Origin: Gammaproteobacteria bacterium
Lineage (GTDB): Bacteria; Pseudomonadota; Gammaproteobacteria; SZUA-140
Assembly (NCBI GenBank): GCA_015491865.1
Contig: WFVD01000007.1
Span: 5,994 to 69,993 of the forward strand
Direction of reading: 5' to 3'
DNA: 64,000 nt
Shown: positions 40,951-52,012 of the stretch, piece by piece
Position numbering within the stretch: position 1 is the first letter of the stretch
Layout: each line of letters begins with the position of its first letter
Position numbers and translations under genes: made by a program
Notes under the pieces: generated by a model
The model's database searches: none
What the model was told of the DNA's origin: nothing
What the model saw: only the letters and a program-made list of their open reading frames with translations

Positions 40951-43185
40951 ATGATGACACACCCTACCCTTCGCCTGTTTCTACTGCTGTTCACCTGCGC
41001 CGTTACATTCAACGCCAATGCCGCCAGCACAATCCATCACACCTTAAAAATCACACTCGACCCATCAACATCGATGATCCATGCACAGGATACCATCACG
41101 CTACCCGACCACCTGGCCACAGAGCCCTACTTTGAGTTTATGTTACACGCCGGCCTCAACCCCCAGTCGCCCACACATACCGTTGAGGCACTCGATAGAC
41201 CAGAGCGCTCAATTCAGCACCACTACCGGGTAAAGCTGAATGCCGGCAACCAGCCGATCACACTCCATTACAGCGGTATTATCAACCATCCCATCAACGC
41301 CAAAGGAGAGCAGTATGCGCGCGGCTTTAAAGAGAGCCCCGGGCTGATCGATAAAGCGGGTATTTTTCTCGCGGGCTCGACACTGTGGTATCCCGTCGTC
41401 CCCAACCAGCTTGTCAGCTTTGAACTGGCCATCACAACGCCAGCGGAGTGGACAGCGATTAGCCAGGGGGTACGGCAACTGCATGAAAAGAGTGCTACGC
41501 AACAGAGGGTACAGTGGCAAGCGATACAACCGCAGGATGACATCTTTATCATCGCCAACCGCTATCATGAATTTAGCCAGAGCGTGGGGGCAGTTGAGGC
41601 GATGGTCTTCCTGCGTAATGAAGATGAAGCGCTCGCGCAGAAATACCTCGACACCACTGCCCAGTATCTCGCCATGTACAGCAAGCTGCTCGGCCCCTAC
41701 CCCTATCAGAAATTCGCCATGGTCGAAAACTTCTGGGACACCGGCTACGGCATGCCATCCTTCACCCTCCTGGGGCCACGCGTGATCCGCTTCCCCTTTA
41801 TTCTGCACTCATCATTCCCACATGAGATATTGCATAACTGGTGGGGCAACGGTGTCTATGTCGATTATAGTCAGGGCAACTGGGCCGAAGGGCTAACGAC
41901 CTATCTCGCCGATCACCTGATCGCCGAGCAGCGCGGCCGGGCCATTAGCTACCGCCGCGACACCCTGCAACGCTACAGCGACTTCGTTAGCAGTGGGCGT
42001 GACTTCCCACTCAGCCAGTTCCGCTCACGCCACAGCTCAGCAAGCGAAGCGGTCGGCTATGGCAAAACATTGATGCTGTTCCACATGCTGCGCCAGCAAC
42101 TCGGCAGCCGTGAATTTGTACGCGCCCTGACAACACTCTACCGGAAACAGAAATTCAAAATCACCAGTTTCAGCGATCTCGAAGCCGCCTTTAGCCAGTC
42201 AAGCGGAATCGATCTCGCCCCCTTTTTTGAACAGTGGGTAATGCGCAGTGGCGCGCCCGCGCTAAAGCTTGGCAATACCACAGTCCACAAAAAGGGCAGC
42301 CGCTATCATCTAAATGCGTCACTGATTCAACAACAGGCAGGCGCGTTATTTGAATTACAGATTCCAATCATGATCTATCTCGAAGGAGCGCGCGAACCAC
42401 ATGTCGAGGTTGTTTCGATGAATGGACCGCAGCGCGACATCTCATTTGAATTCGACACACGCCCACTGCGTATCGAGGTCGACCCGATGTTTGATCTCTT
42501 TCGTCGGCTTGATAACAGCGAGATACCCGCAGCACTGTCGCAGGGGTTTGGTGCCGAACAAGTTCTGATGCTACTACCCTCCAGTGAGGACAAGGCGCTA
42601 CTGGATGAGTACCGCAATATGGCGATGGCCTGGGCACGTACTCAGCCGGGCAAGTGGCAGGTCAGGCTCGACAGCGAGATCGATTCGCTACCGAGTGACC
42701 GCGCGGTGTGGCTACTCGGCTGGAACAACCGCTTTCGCCACGTGATAGAAGAGCCACTCAAAGCGCAAGGGGTGGCGCTTACAGGTAAGCAGCTCACACT
42801 TAAGGAGCAGTCACTCCCGGTCGCCAGCCATTCGGTGATGCTCACCGCGCGCCACCCGCACAATAGCGCTACCACGCTGGTGTGGCTTGCCACCAGCCGT
42901 GCCGAAGCGGTAGCGCCCCTGGCACGCAAGCTACCGCACTACCGCAAATACAGCTACCTCGCCTTTGAAGGCAATGAAGCTATCAACGTCGCCAAAGGGC
43001 AGTGGGATGTTTTAAATTCGCCAATGAGTCTCGATTTTCACTACACTGACAACCCGAAACGCGACGGCTTCAAATTAATACCACCACCCGCACTGGCACA
43101 ACTGCCTGCAGTTTCTTCTGCAAAACGGATGATGCATAATGTCACCTTGCTCACCAGCGAGGCCGCGCCCCGGAATCGCCAGTAA
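40951..43185 (+). CDS. secreted M1-family (gluzincin) aminopeptidase-like protein
   Basis: Signal peptide LFLLLFTCAVTFNANAAS, zinc motif HEILHNWWGN with downstream WAEGLTTY; 744 aa. Confidence 0.82.
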   Translation: MMTHPTLRLFLLLFTCAVTFNANAASTIHHTLKITLDPSTSMIHAQDTITLPDHLATEPYFEFMLHAGLNPQSPTHTVEALDRPERSIQHHYRVKLNAGNQPITLHYSGIINHPINAKGEQYARGFKESPGLIDKAGIFLAGSTLWYPVVPNQLVSFELAITTPAEWTAISQGVRQLHEKSATQQRVQWQAIQPQDDIFIIANRYHEFSQSVGAVEAMVFLRNEDEALAQKYLDTTAQYLAMYSKLLGPYPYQKFAMVENFWDTGYGMPSFTLLGPRVIRFPFILHSSFPHEILHNWWGNGVYVDYSQGNWAEGLTTYLADHLIAEQRGRAISYRRDTLQRYSDFVSSGRDFPLSQFRSRHSSASEAVGYGKTLMLFHMLRQQLGSREFVRALTTLYRKQKFKITSFSDLEAAFSQSSGIDLAPFFEQWVMRSGAPALKLGNTTVHKKGSRYHLNASLIQQQAGALFELQIPIMIYLEGAREPHVEVVSMNGPQRDISFEFDTRPLRIEVDPMFDLFRRLDNSEIPAALSQGFGAEQVLMLLPSSEDKALLDEYRNMAMAWARTQPGKWQVRLDSEIDSLPSDRAVWLLGWNNRFRHVIEEPLKAQGVALTGKQLTLKEQSLPVASHSVMLTARHPHNSATTLVWLATSRAEAVAPLARKLPHYRKYSYLAFEGNEAINVAKGQWDVLNSPMSLDFHYTDNPKRDGFKLIPPPALAQLPAVSSAKRMMHNVTLLTSEAAPRNRQ

Positions 43186-43479
43186 ATTTACCCAACTGAC
43201 AAATGTGATCGCAGTATTGTCTGATAACCATTCACACCTGGCAGGTAAAAACCTCCGGTGGTGAGCACCCGCTACGACTACCCCGGTCTCGGCGACACCC
43301 TCATCCTGCAATGTCGACACAACAACAGAAACGAACAGCTAACGACAACCACAGTAGCGAGATAAAGAAAGCGAAACACCATGTGAAAGTTGTGGAAGAA
43401 AGCTTTATACTTGGTCTGATAAATAGAGGCATAACGTTAAACCGCTTAATTTAGAAGCCACAAGAGATATTTATAGATC

Positions 43480-43965
43480 ATGAACGCAATCAGTAAAGTA
43501 GAACTCATCAAAAACTCACCCCTTGGAAAAGACCTCAACGAAGCTCATTGCGAAAAGCTCGCCGCCATCATCGAAGTGCGCACTCTCAAACAGGGGGAAG
43601 AGCTGATCTCTGAAGGCCACGTTGACCACACTCTTTACGTGCCTATTGAAGGGAAAATCTCTGTTGTCAAAGATGCCGGCGGGGGTGAAGAGGATCAGCT
43701 ACATGTACTCAAACCGGGTGAGCTGGCTGGTGCGATGGGATTTCTGGATGGCAAAGAGCACAGCGCCACCCTGCGCGCCCTGACCGACACACAGGTCTTC
43801 TGCCTGGAGCAGGCAAAATTCGAAGCGCTGATTTCATCAGAACCGACTATTGTCTATCAGGTGATGCGCGCCATCGTTCGCGATATTCACGGTATTGTTC
43901 GCACCATGAACAACAGCCATGTTGAATTCTCGAACTACATCAACAAACAGCACGGCCGCTACTGA
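43480..43965 (+). CDS. stand-alone cyclic-nucleotide-binding (CAP_ED) domain protein
   Basis: 161 aa with a phosphate-binding-cassette-like GELAGAMGFLDGKEHSATLRA. No DNA-binding or other output domain. Confidence 0.75.
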   Translation: MNAISKVELIKNSPLGKDLNEAHCEKLAAIIEVRTLKQGEELISEGHVDHTLYVPIEGKISVVKDAGGGEEDQLHVLKPGELAGAMGFLDGKEHSATLRALTDTQVFCLEQAKFEALISSEPTIVYQVMRAIVRDIHGIVRTMNNSHVEFSNYINKQHGRY

Positions 43966-43973
43966 TCGCCTCC

Positions 43974-44333
43974 ATGCGCTATCAACAGCTAGCCTGCGCA
44001 CTCCTTTTTGCAGGCCAGCTTTCCTCCACCGCTGCCGATGTGCCCAACAACCAACGTGATGAGGTGGAACATCTGCTTAACTTCGTTGCCAACACCCCCT
44101 GCATCATTGAGCGCAACGGCTCATACTATAAGGGGCAGGAGGCGCTATCACACATCAAAAAGAAGTACGCCTATTTTCGAGATAAAATCAACTCGACCGA
44201 AGCTTTTATTGAGTATGCCGCCAGCAGGAGTACGTTTAGTGGCAACGCTTACACCGTGCAGTGCGGTAATAACCAGACGATAACGACACGGCAGTGGCTG
44301 CTTGATGAGCTCTCGAGGTTTCGCAACAACTAA
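43974..44333 (+). CDS. small secreted protein of unknown function (possibly DUF5329-like)
   Basis: 119 aa, signal peptide LACALLFAGQLSSTAADV, 8 bp after the previous stop. The family assignment is from memory only. Confidence 0.55.
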   Translation: MRYQQLACALLFAGQLSSTAADVPNNQRDEVEHLLNFVANTPCIIERNGSYYKGQEALSHIKKKYAYFRDKINSTEAFIEYAASRSTFSGNAYTVQCGNNQTITTRQWLLDELSRFRNN

Positions 44334-44355
44334 CCACCCCGCTTAACATGAACCT

Positions 44356-45768
44356 TTACTTTTTCCTGTCACGCCGTCCAAGAAAACGTTTATAGCGTTT
44401 GCGCTTATCTTGCTGGCGATCGGTAAGCACGTTTTTGCGCCCTTTATAGGGGTTATCACTGGTTCTGAATTCAATCTTGATAGGAGTCCCTTCAAGCTTT
44501 AATTCTCGACGGAAGGTCTTTTCAAGATAACGTACGTAGCTATCGGGAATACTTTCGGTCTGGTTACCATGGATTACGATCCGAGGCGGGCGATGCCCAC
44601 CCTGATGTGCATAACGCAGTTTAATACGGCGCATATGAACTGCGGGTGGCGCATGTGCAGCCACCGCTTCAGCAAGGATTCGGGTGAGCTGCGGTGTTGA
44701 GAGCGCCATCTGTGCCGAGTGGTAGGCGCGCTCCACCGACTTAAACAGCGCGTTAACACCTCGACCCTTTAGTGCCGAAATGAAATGGATTTCGGCATAG
44801 TCGATAAAAGCGAGGCGGCGTTTTAGCTCATCTTCAACACGCTGTTTGTCATAGTCATCCATGCCATCCCATTTATTGATCGCAATCACCAGCGCCTTGC
44901 CACTCTCCAGCACATAGCCCAGTATTTTAGTATCCTGTTCTGAGATACCACCCGCATGTGCATCGATCACAAGGATCGCAACATCCGCTTCGCTAATCGC
45001 CTGCAACGCTTTTATTGAGCTGAATTTCTCAACCACTTCACTGACACGGCTACGACGACGCATGCCGGCCGTATCGATCAACACATAGTTCTGTTTGCCA
45101 CGCCGGAAAGGGATACGGATGCTGTCACGAGTGGTGCCAGGGCGGTCATAGGCAAGCACTCTATCTTCTTTCAGAATACGATTAACGAGTGTAGATTTGC
45201 CGACATTGGGTCGCCCTGAAATTGCCACTTTAATGCTGCGGGGGCCATCTTCCTCTTCTTCGACCGCTTCCTTAATATTTAGCATGTGATCGAACACTTC
45301 GATCATCATGTCCGAAACCCCCTCACCATGCGCTGCTGAAATCACAACAGTATGGGGATAAGCGAGTTCATAAAACTCACTGGTAATCAGGTCAACATCA
45401 CACCCTTCGGCTTTGTTGATCACCAGCATCAGCGGTTTGCCAGCACGGCGCAGGCGGTCTGCAACGGTTTTATCTCCGGCGGAAAGGCCCGCCCGCCCAT
45501 CAACCAGAAAAAGCACCGCGTCGGCTTCATCAATCGCAACCATCGCCTGATCCATCATCAGCCCGTCAATACCTCGGGTTGTATCACCAAGCCCACCGGT
45601 ATCTACCACGATATAGGGGTGCGGACCTACCTTTCCTTCACCGTAGTTACGGTCTCGTGTTAAACCCGGCTGGTCTGCAACCAGCGCGTCACGCGTCTTC
45701 GTGAGACGATTGAAGAGGGTGGATTTTCCAACATTGGGCAGCCCAACCAGCGCAATGACTGCCTTCAT
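44356..45768 (-). CDS. der: ribosome biogenesis GTPase Der (EngA)
   Basis: Tandem GTPase domains (GLPNVGKSTLFN, GRPNVGKSTLVN) and a KH-like C-terminus. Confidence 0.97.
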   Translation of the reverse strand: MKAVIALVGLPNVGKSTLFNRLTKTRDALVADQPGLTRDRNYGEGKVGPHPYIVVDTGGLGDTTRGIDGLMMDQAMVAIDEADAVLFLVDGRAGLSAGDKTVADRLRRAGKPLMLVINKAEGCDVDLITSEFYELAYPHTVVISAAHGEGVSDMMIEVFDHMLNIKEAVEEEEDGPRSIKVAISGRPNVGKSTLVNRILKEDRVLAYDRPGTTRDSIRIPFRRGKQNYVLIDTAGMRRRSRVSEVVEKFSSIKALQAISEADVAILVIDAHAGGISEQDTKILGYVLESGKALVIAINKWDGMDDYDKQRVEDELKRRLAFIDYAEIHFISALKGRGVNALFKSVERAYHSAQMALSTPQLTRILAEAVAAHAPPAVHMRRIKLRYAHQGGHRPPRIVIHGNQTESIPDSYVRYLEKTFRRELKLEGTPIKIEFRTSDNPYKGRKNVLTDRQQDKRKRYKRFLGRRDRKK

Positions 45769-46931
45769 AGCTGATCCGTGCGTAGCGCGGTAATCGTACC
45801 TTTATGGCTCACCGTGTAGAGAACGTCGTTAACCACCAGCGGTGGTTCTGATATCGCAGCTTCATCCACAATGCGACGGACCACAAAGCTGCCATCATCT
45901 ACCGAAAGCCAGTGGAGATAACCTTCATAATCACCTACCACCACTTTTCCATCATGGATAACGGGCGCGCTGATATTGCGTCGCTGCAGCTTGTCTTGGC
46001 GCCATAATGTCACGCCGGTGCGTCTGTCGAGCGCCATCACCTGCCCTTCCTCATCGGTAATAAAGAGCTGGCGACCATCCAGCGAAATCCCGCTATATGA
46101 TGAGTATTCACGCGCCCACACAATCCGCCCTGAGTCTGTATCGAGCGCAACCAGGCGCCCCTGAAATGCCACCGCATAGAGTATACCGTCGCCGTAAGCG
46201 AGCTCAGCATCCACATCGACCAGCCGCTCTAACTCAGAACGCCCTTTGGCCAGCGAGATCACCTTCTCCCATAGCAACTTGCCATTGGCCACCGAAAGCG
46301 CTGCCACCTTGCCATTTGAAAAACCAGCAAAGACCCTGTCATCAACAACCAGTGGCGCACCGACCCCGCGCAGACTCAATGACGGTACGATCGTTTCATA
46401 CACCCACAACCGCTCACCATTCTCGATATTAAGCCCAAACATCTTGCCATCATTGGTGCGCACCACAACGACCCCTTGTGCGACCTGCGGTCTGCTCATC
46501 ACTTCACTCGAGAGTTCACTGCGCCACTGTAACGAGCCATCCTTGTTTGAAAGCGCCAGCAATTCACCCTCATGTGTCCCGAGCAGCAAATAGCCATCAC
46601 CACTGCCGATCGCGCCGGTTAAAGCCGCGCCAGTTTCAATATTCCAGAGCCGACAACCACAATCGGCATCAAGCGCGCGTACACGCCCACGCGGATGGGC
46701 AACAAACAGCTGCTTTCCCCTGATGGCAATGGCCGGCGACTCTTCCCAGCTATCCACACGGGACTGCGCCTGCCTGTACCACACCAGCTCGGTGCTCGCC
46801 GTTGGCTGAAACCGTTCCAGTGGTGTTGGATGAGATTCGAGCGTCAACGTGCCGCTACAACCGGCGAGCGATAACAGCACGACTGCCGCCAGCCACAGAC
46901 GGGCGGCGCTGAATACAGCAGAGTCACTCAT
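45765..46931 (-). CDS. bamB: outer membrane protein assembly factor BamB
   Basis: Lipobox LSLAGC and PQQ-like beta-propeller repeats. Overlaps the der start by 4 nt. Confidence 0.93.
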   Translation of the reverse strand: MSDSAVFSAARLWLAAVVLLSLAGCSGTLTLESHPTPLERFQPTASTELVWYRQAQSRVDSWEESPAIAIRGKQLFVAHPRGRVRALDADCGCRLWNIETGAALTGAIGSGDGYLLLGTHEGELLALSNKDGSLQWRSELSSEVMSRPQVAQGVVVVRTNDGKMFGLNIENGERLWVYETIVPSLSLRGVGAPLVVDDRVFAGFSNGKVAALSVANGKLLWEKVISLAKGRSELERLVDVDAELAYGDGILYAVAFQGRLVALDTDSGRIVWAREYSSYSGISLDGRQLFITDEEGQVMALDRRTGVTLWRQDKLQRRNISAPVIHDGKVVVGDYEGYLHWLSVDDGSFVVRRIVDEAAISEPPLVVNDVLYTVSHKGTITALRTDQL

Positions 46932-46936
46932 GATCG

Positions 46937-47569
46937 CTATGCGTCCTCGTCACCAAGACCATCAAGCTTCATCTGCAACAGGCTGTTATCGCCTTTGTCA
47001 TTCGCTCTTAACGCCTTTTCATAGGCGCTGCGCGCCTGGCTCTGCTGCGACAGTGAGAGATAGATATCACCCTTTAACTCTTCATACAAAGGAAGAAAAG
47101 CACCGGCATCAACGCCGTCAAGCAGTGCCAGCGCCCCCTCGCCATTGCCCTCTGCTAACATCACCGCCGCCATTCTCATCCGCGCCATATGTAGAAATTC
47201 CGGCTGTGTGCTGTTATCCAGCACCCACTGTAAACGCGAGCGGGCAGAGAGTAAGTCGCCCTCGTCAACCTTGATCTTGGCTATCGCAAACGCCGACAAC
47301 ACCGCATACGGTGTATCAGAGAAACTATTGATAATGTGATCACCGCGCGTCATCACCGCGTCCGCACGCATCTGTTGCAAATCATCCTGCAGCTGTGCAA
47401 ATTCAAGCGATGCATTCTGGCGCTGCGCCGCCGAATTTTCCATCCAGTAATTGCCGCCAACCAGCACACCCAGCCCCACCACCAGTCCGACCACGACTGA
47501 GGTGCCATTTGCTTTCCACCACCTTTTAATCGCTTCAACCTGTTCTTCTTCAGTTGTGTGAGCTACCAC
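46937..47569 (-). CDS. yfgM: YfgM family protein (TM anchor + TPR-like domain)
   Basis: N-terminal KRWWKANGTSVVVGLVVGLGVLVG and a conserved position between hisS and bamB. Confidence 0.85.
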   Translation of the reverse strand: MVAHTTEEEQVEAIKRWWKANGTSVVVGLVVGLGVLVGGNYWMENSAAQRQNASLEFAQLQDDLQQMRADAVMTRGDHIINSFSDTPYAVLSAFAIAKIKVDEGDLLSARSRLQWVLDNSTQPEFLHMARMRMAAVMLAEGNGEGALALLDGVDAGAFLPLYEELKGDIYLSLSQQSQARSAYEKALRANDKGDNSLLQMKLDGLGDEDA

Positions 47570-47636
47570 GTCTGCACCCTCATTTTATGTTCATTTTTGA
47601 TTCATTGATTGCTGAGATTGATTGCCAGCAGCGACA

Positions 47637-48914
47637 TCAATCTTTCTGCAACAGTTCTTTTAAGTGTGCCGCCAGCACATCCTGTCCGATCGATCGCTGC
47701 GGCGCCTTTTCACGCAGCCGCTTTACCGTTACCTGCTGCTGCGCGATCTCATCTTCACCAAGAATCAGTGCCAGCCTGGCACCGCTTTTATCTGCCTTTT
47801 TCATCTGATTCTTAAAGCTGCCACCACCACAGTGACTCAGCAACCTCACCCCTGGTAGCGCACTGCGCAGCTGCTCGGCCAATAATAACCCCTGCTGCAT
47901 CGCCAGATCACCCACTAGCACTAAATAGATATCGGCTCCTGCAGCTGGCTTTATCTGGCCTTGCGCTTCGACCAACGCCAGCAGCCGCTCCATCCCCATC
48001 GCAAAACCGATAGCGGGGGTTGGTTTACCGCCCAGCTGCTCAACCAGGCCATCATAGCGACCACCGGCACACACGGTGCCCTGTGCGCCCAGGTCACGCG
48101 TGACCCATTCAAAGACAGTCTTTTGATAATAGTCGAGACCTCGGACCAGCCTCGGGTTGATCTGGTAGCTTATACCCGCCGCATCCAGCAGAGACTGCAA
48201 TGTTTCGAAATGTTCACGAGACTCATCGTCCAGATAATCGAGCAGCTGAGGAGCCCCTTCAATCATCTGCTGCATCGCTGGATTTTTACTATCAAGAATA
48301 CGCAGTGGGTTTTTCTCTAATCTTAGCAGGCTCTCTTCATCAAGCTGCTCACGATTTTTGTTGAGATAGGCCACCAGTTTCTCACGATGTGCGGCGCGCG
48401 CAATTGGTGAACCCAGTGTATTAAGCTGTAGCTCCACTCCCTTCAGCCCCAGCAGCTGCCACAGGCGTGCCGTCATCATGATCAACTCGGCATCAATGTC
48501 GGGGCCTGCCAGGCCGTAGGCCTCAACCCCCGTCTGGTAGAACTGACGATAACGCCCCTTCTGCGGACGCTCATGACGAAACATCGGGCCGCTATACCAG
48601 AGACGCTGTGTTTGATTATAGAGCAGGCCGTTCTCGATACAGGCACGCACACAACAGGCGGTCCCTTCCGGGCGCAGTGTCAGGCTATCACCATTACGGT
48701 CTTCAAAGGTATACATCTCTTTGGCGACAATGTCTGTAACTTCGCCGATGGTACGCACAAAAAGCTCTGTCTTTTCGACCATCGGCATACGAATCTCATC
48801 ATAACCGTAGGCGTGCACCACCTGGCGCACACACCCTTCTATGTGGTGCCAAAGCGGACTCTGCTGCGGCAGGATGTCGTGCATGCCGCGCACTACTTTT
48901 ATACTCTTGTACAA
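47637..48914 (-). CDS. hisS: histidine--tRNA ligase
   Basis: VRGMHDILP, class II motifs ([27 protein letters not shown]) and an anticodon-binding C-terminus. Confidence 0.97.
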   Translation of the reverse strand: MYKSIKVVRGMHDILPQQSPLWHHIEGCVRQVVHAYGYDEIRMPMVEKTELFVRTIGEVTDIVAKEMYTFEDRNGDSLTLRPEGTACCVRACIENGLLYNQTQRLWYSGPMFRHERPQKGRYRQFYQTGVEAYGLAGPDIDAELIMMTARLWQLLGLKGVELQLNTLGSPIARAAHREKLVAYLNKNREQLDEESLLRLEKNPLRILDSKNPAMQQMIEGAPQLLDYLDDESREHFETLQSLLDAAGISYQINPRLVRGLDYYQKTVFEWVTRDLGAQGTVCAGGRYDGLVEQLGGKPTPAIGFAMGMERLLALVEAQGQIKPAAGADIYLVLVGDLAMQQGLLLAEQLRSALPGVRLLSHCGGGSFKNQMKKADKSGARLALILGEDEIAQQQVTVKRLREKAPQRSIGQDVLAAHLKELLQKD

Positions 48915-48959
48915 GGCTGTTCCTACACTATTCAGGTTGACGAAATGGTAACGCGCTGG

Positions 48960-50108
48960 TTAGCGTTTTAGCTCCTGCAACGGGATGCCTATGTCGATAT
49001 TGGCAGCGCTGCTGTGATCAACGGCTGCGGCGTTGCGCTGTGCAATCTGCTCACGAACCGCCCGTTCAATCTCATCAACCAGCGCTTCATTGCTCAATTT
49101 ATGGTTGGGCTTACCACCAACATAGAGCAGGTTTGGCGATCCACCCGTCAACCCGACATCGGCTTCGCGCGCCTCACCCGGGCCGTTTACAACACAACCA
49201 ATCACCGCTACATCGAGTGGATCAGTGATATCTTCAAAACGGGACTCCAGCGCATTCACAGTCGAAATTACATCAAACTGCTGGCGCGAACAGGAGGGGC
49301 ATGCGATTAAGTTGATCCCCTTACTGCGCAGGCGGAGACTCTTGAGGATATCAAAGCCGACCTTGATCTCTTCAATCGGGTCGGCCGCCAGTGAGATGCG
49401 GATCGTGTCACCAATACCATCATTCAATAACATACCGAGGCCAATGGCCGATTTTACCGTGCCCGAACGCAGCCCACCCGCCTCAGTAATCCCCAGGTGC
49501 AGCGGCTGCTCAATCTGTGTTGCCAGCTTGCGGTAGGCTGCCACTGTCATAAATATCTCTGATGCCTTCAGGCTGATTTTGTACTCCTGAAAATCATAGC
49601 GATCAAGAATGTCGATATGGCGCAAGGCCGATTCAACCAACGCATCAGCCGTCGGTTCACCGTACCTGAGCTGTAACTCTTTTTCTAACGAACCAGCATT
49701 CACACCGATACGGATCGGGATGTTGTGGTCTCGCGCGCAATCAATCACTGCACGCACGCGCTCCTCTTTGCCAATGTTGCCCGGATTAATACGCAGGCAA
49801 TCTGCGCCCAGTTCCGCGACGCGCAAGGCGATTCTGTGATCAAAGTGAATATCGGTCACCAGTGGGAGGGTGACGCGCTGGCGTATTTCTCCGAACGCTT
49901 CAGCCGCATCCATCGTCGGGACTGATACACGAACGATATCGGCTCCCACTTTTTGTAGCGCCTCAATCTGCGCGACCGTCGCCTCAACATCAGAGGTATC
50001 GGTATTGGTCATGCTCTGCACTGAGATCGGCGCGTCACCGCCCACCGCTACATCACCCACCATAATCTGGCGTGACTGTCGTCTTGTAATCTGTGAGCTC
50101 ATTTTCAT
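48960..50108 (-). CDS. ispG: 4-hydroxy-3-methylbut-2-en-1-yl diphosphate synthase
   Basis: TIM-barrel N-domain with Fe-S cysteines in CPSCSRQ and GCVVNGPGE. Confidence 0.97.
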   Translation of the reverse strand: MKMSSQITRRQSRQIMVGDVAVGGDAPISVQSMTNTDTSDVEATVAQIEALQKVGADIVRVSVPTMDAAEAFGEIRQRVTLPLVTDIHFDHRIALRVAELGADCLRINPGNIGKEERVRAVIDCARDHNIPIRIGVNAGSLEKELQLRYGEPTADALVESALRHIDILDRYDFQEYKISLKASEIFMTVAAYRKLATQIEQPLHLGITEAGGLRSGTVKSAIGLGMLLNDGIGDTIRISLAADPIEEIKVGFDILKSLRLRSKGINLIACPSCSRQQFDVISTVNALESRFEDITDPLDVAVIGCVVNGPGEAREADVGLTGGSPNLLYVGGKPNHKLSNEALVDEIERAVREQIAQRNAAAVDHSSAANIDIGIPLQELKR

Positions 50109-50147
50109 CGCTGCATCATATCCATCATTCTATTCTGCGAGCGCATT

Positions 50148-51254
50148 CTATTCTGCGTTCGCGCCAAGGGTAAATCTGGCCACTTTACCGCGCGCAAACA
50201 TGCTTTGATCAAATGGCTCTCCGTTGTAAATCATGGTGACAGCAGGCGAATAACCAAAGAGCACCTTAAAGGGAGCGGTACCGCTGAGTGCACGTGTCTG
50301 CCCCGGCTTGCCGAGATCAAACATCACACGTCGCCCATTGGCATCCGTAATTTCAACCCATGACTCAGCTGTAAATGTGAGTTCTATCGAATCTGGGAAC
50401 GACGCTGCTGCAGCTCGGTCGGCAATAAATTCCGCTTCGGGTTCAGCGCTCACCGCCTCTTCTTCTGGACCCGCAACTGTGGGCGTAGGGTCAACAGGCG
50501 CAATGGGATTTGCTGGAGTCACCGACAGGGGATCGACCTGCACCGTCTCAACAGGTTCAACTGTTACGGTGACAGGCTCCTCATCTGAAATCACATCGGT
50601 TTCAGGAAAAGGCGGTGCGAGCGAACTTTCACCATTCACCGCCGCCCCGTCAACAACCCTCTCTTCACTTTCATCTGCCCCCATCCACCACAGCAGCAAC
50701 ACCAGAATCAGTGCGGCACCAACGCCAACCAGAATGCGCATATCAAAGGGTTTTGCGCCGCCACCAGAAACACTGCCTGTCGTTTTAGTGACCCGATCAA
50801 GTTTGGGCGCCGCCTGCTCGCTCTGTGCATTAAATAGCTCGACCAGTGGGTCCGGCGGGAGATCGAGCAGCCGGGCGTAATTCCGGATGTAGCCCGTCAC
50901 AAAAATGGGCGCCGGAAAGAAGTCATAATCATCCATCTCCAGCGCTGAAATCTGACGTTCGGTCAGAAAAAGCTGACTGGCGATTTCAGTTACCGTGAAG
51001 CCCCGACGATTTCGCTCGGCTGCGAGCACACCCCCCGGTAGACAGCCGCGCGTTTCATTATGAGTGGCTGTGGCGGTGCTCACCTCATTCACCGCTTCAT
51101 TTTCACCAGGCGCATCTGCCCGCTTATCTATTGGCTCTGCGATGGCGGGTGATGGTTCATTAGCTGTCATCTCTGCCCGATGTTCTGCGGGGCTTCTGTC
51201 AAAACTGAATCTCTTCTGTTCAATCTCACTACTGCTGTCTGATGAATCTTTCAT
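50148..51254 (-). CDS. rodZ: cytoskeleton protein RodZ
   Basis: HTH (FTVTEIASQLFLTERQISALE), a single TM helix (ILVGVGAALILVLLLWW), a Pro/Val-rich linker and a C-terminal DUF4115-like domain. Confidence 0.88.
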   Translation of the reverse strand: MKDSSDSSSEIEQKRFSFDRSPAEHRAEMTANEPSPAIAEPIDKRADAPGENEAVNEVSTATATHNETRGCLPGGVLAAERNRRGFTVTEIASQLFLTERQISALEMDDYDFFPAPIFVTGYIRNYARLLDLPPDPLVELFNAQSEQAAPKLDRVTKTTGSVSGGGAKPFDMRILVGVGAALILVLLLWWMGADESEERVVDGAAVNGESSLAPPFPETDVISDEEPVTVTVEPVETVQVDPLSVTPANPIAPVDPTPTVAGPEEEAVSAEPEAEFIADRAAAASFPDSIELTFTAESWVEITDANGRRVMFDLGKPGQTRALSGTAPFKVLFGYSPAVTMIYNGEPFDQSMFARGKVARFTLGANAE

Positions 51255-52012
51255 TATTGTTCAGACTCCATCAATGAAACTGTCTCATCCGCTAACGGAA
51301 AATTAACTTTTAGCAGACGCGCATATTCGTCTGCCGCCTCTGGATTACCCAGTTTACGTTCAATCCTCACCCCGAGCCAGAGCGTTTCGGCACTCTGTGT
51401 TGCGATCTCTGAAAAACGCTGAAAAAAAGCCCGGGCACGCAGGTACTCTCCATTATCAAAACTGATACGGGCCATCTGATAGAGCGAGACTGGCATCCGA
51501 GGAGCGATATCAAGCACGATCCGAAAATACTTTTCAGCCTTTTCATAATCGGGCTTTCTCATCATGCACTGCGCCAGATTTTCATAAAACTCATCGCGCC
51601 GCTTAGTCGCCGGCGCATTCTGTACCGCCAGCAGAAAACGTTTTTCTGCAGCCGCATAGTTTCCCTGCTCACATAGAAAAACCCCAAAATTATTTTGCAG
51701 CGAATAATCTCCGGGGGTCAATTTTAAAGCTATTTTATAGTGCCTTTCGGCATCGGCAGGTGACTTGAGCTGACGGTAAAGTTCCGCAATATAGTGATGG
51801 GCTGTCGCCAGCTCGGGATCCTGTTTGAGTGCGCGCTGTAGTTTTTCCAGTGCAACATCATTATCGCCTTGCTGCATATAAGCCAGCCCGAGGCGAGCAT
51901 TAATCGATGCGGAACTCTCCCCTTCTGTCTTCTTCCTGACCACATCTGAAGTACAGGCGGCTAACAGCAACAGCAGTGGCACAACAATTAATAAACGGTC
52001 TCGTTTTTTCAT
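51254..52012 (-). CDS. pilW: type IV pilus biogenesis/stability TPR lipoprotein PilW (PilF)
   Basis: Lipobox LLLAAC and TPR repeats. Position between rlmN and rodZ; overlaps both neighbours. Confidence 0.88.
   Translation of the reverse strand: MKKRDRLLIVVPLLLLLAACTSDVVRKKTEGESSASINARLGLAYMQQGDNDVALEKLQRALKQDPELATAHHYIAELYRQLKSPADAERHYKIALKLTPGDYSLQNNFGVFLCEQGNYAAAEKRFLLAVQNAPATKRRDEFYENLAQCMMRKPDYEKAEKYFRIVLDIAPRMPVSLYQMARISFDNGEYLRARAFFQRFSEIATQSAETLWLGVRIERKLGNPEAADEYARLLKVNFPLADETVSLMESEQ

Noticed and set aside
41209-41808. 199-aa minus-strand ORF inside the M1 peptidase gene
   Set aside because: It is antisense to a gene with a clear HEXXH...E motif. It has no motif or RBS of its own.
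43311-43454. 47-codon basic ORF upstream of the CAP_ED gene
   Set aside because: It has no SD and no overlap or coupling with a neighbour, and nothing supports its composition as coding. It is probably non-coding promoter region.
47575-47636. Short direct repeats (ATTGATTGC twice) between hisS and yfgM
   Set aside because: There are only two 9-nt copies in a 60-bp AT-rich spacer. That is too little to call a regulatory element or a repeat family.
50308-50880. 190-aa plus-strand Ser/Thr/Ala-rich ORF
   Set aside because: It is antisense to the low-complexity linker of rodZ, so it is a compositional artefact.
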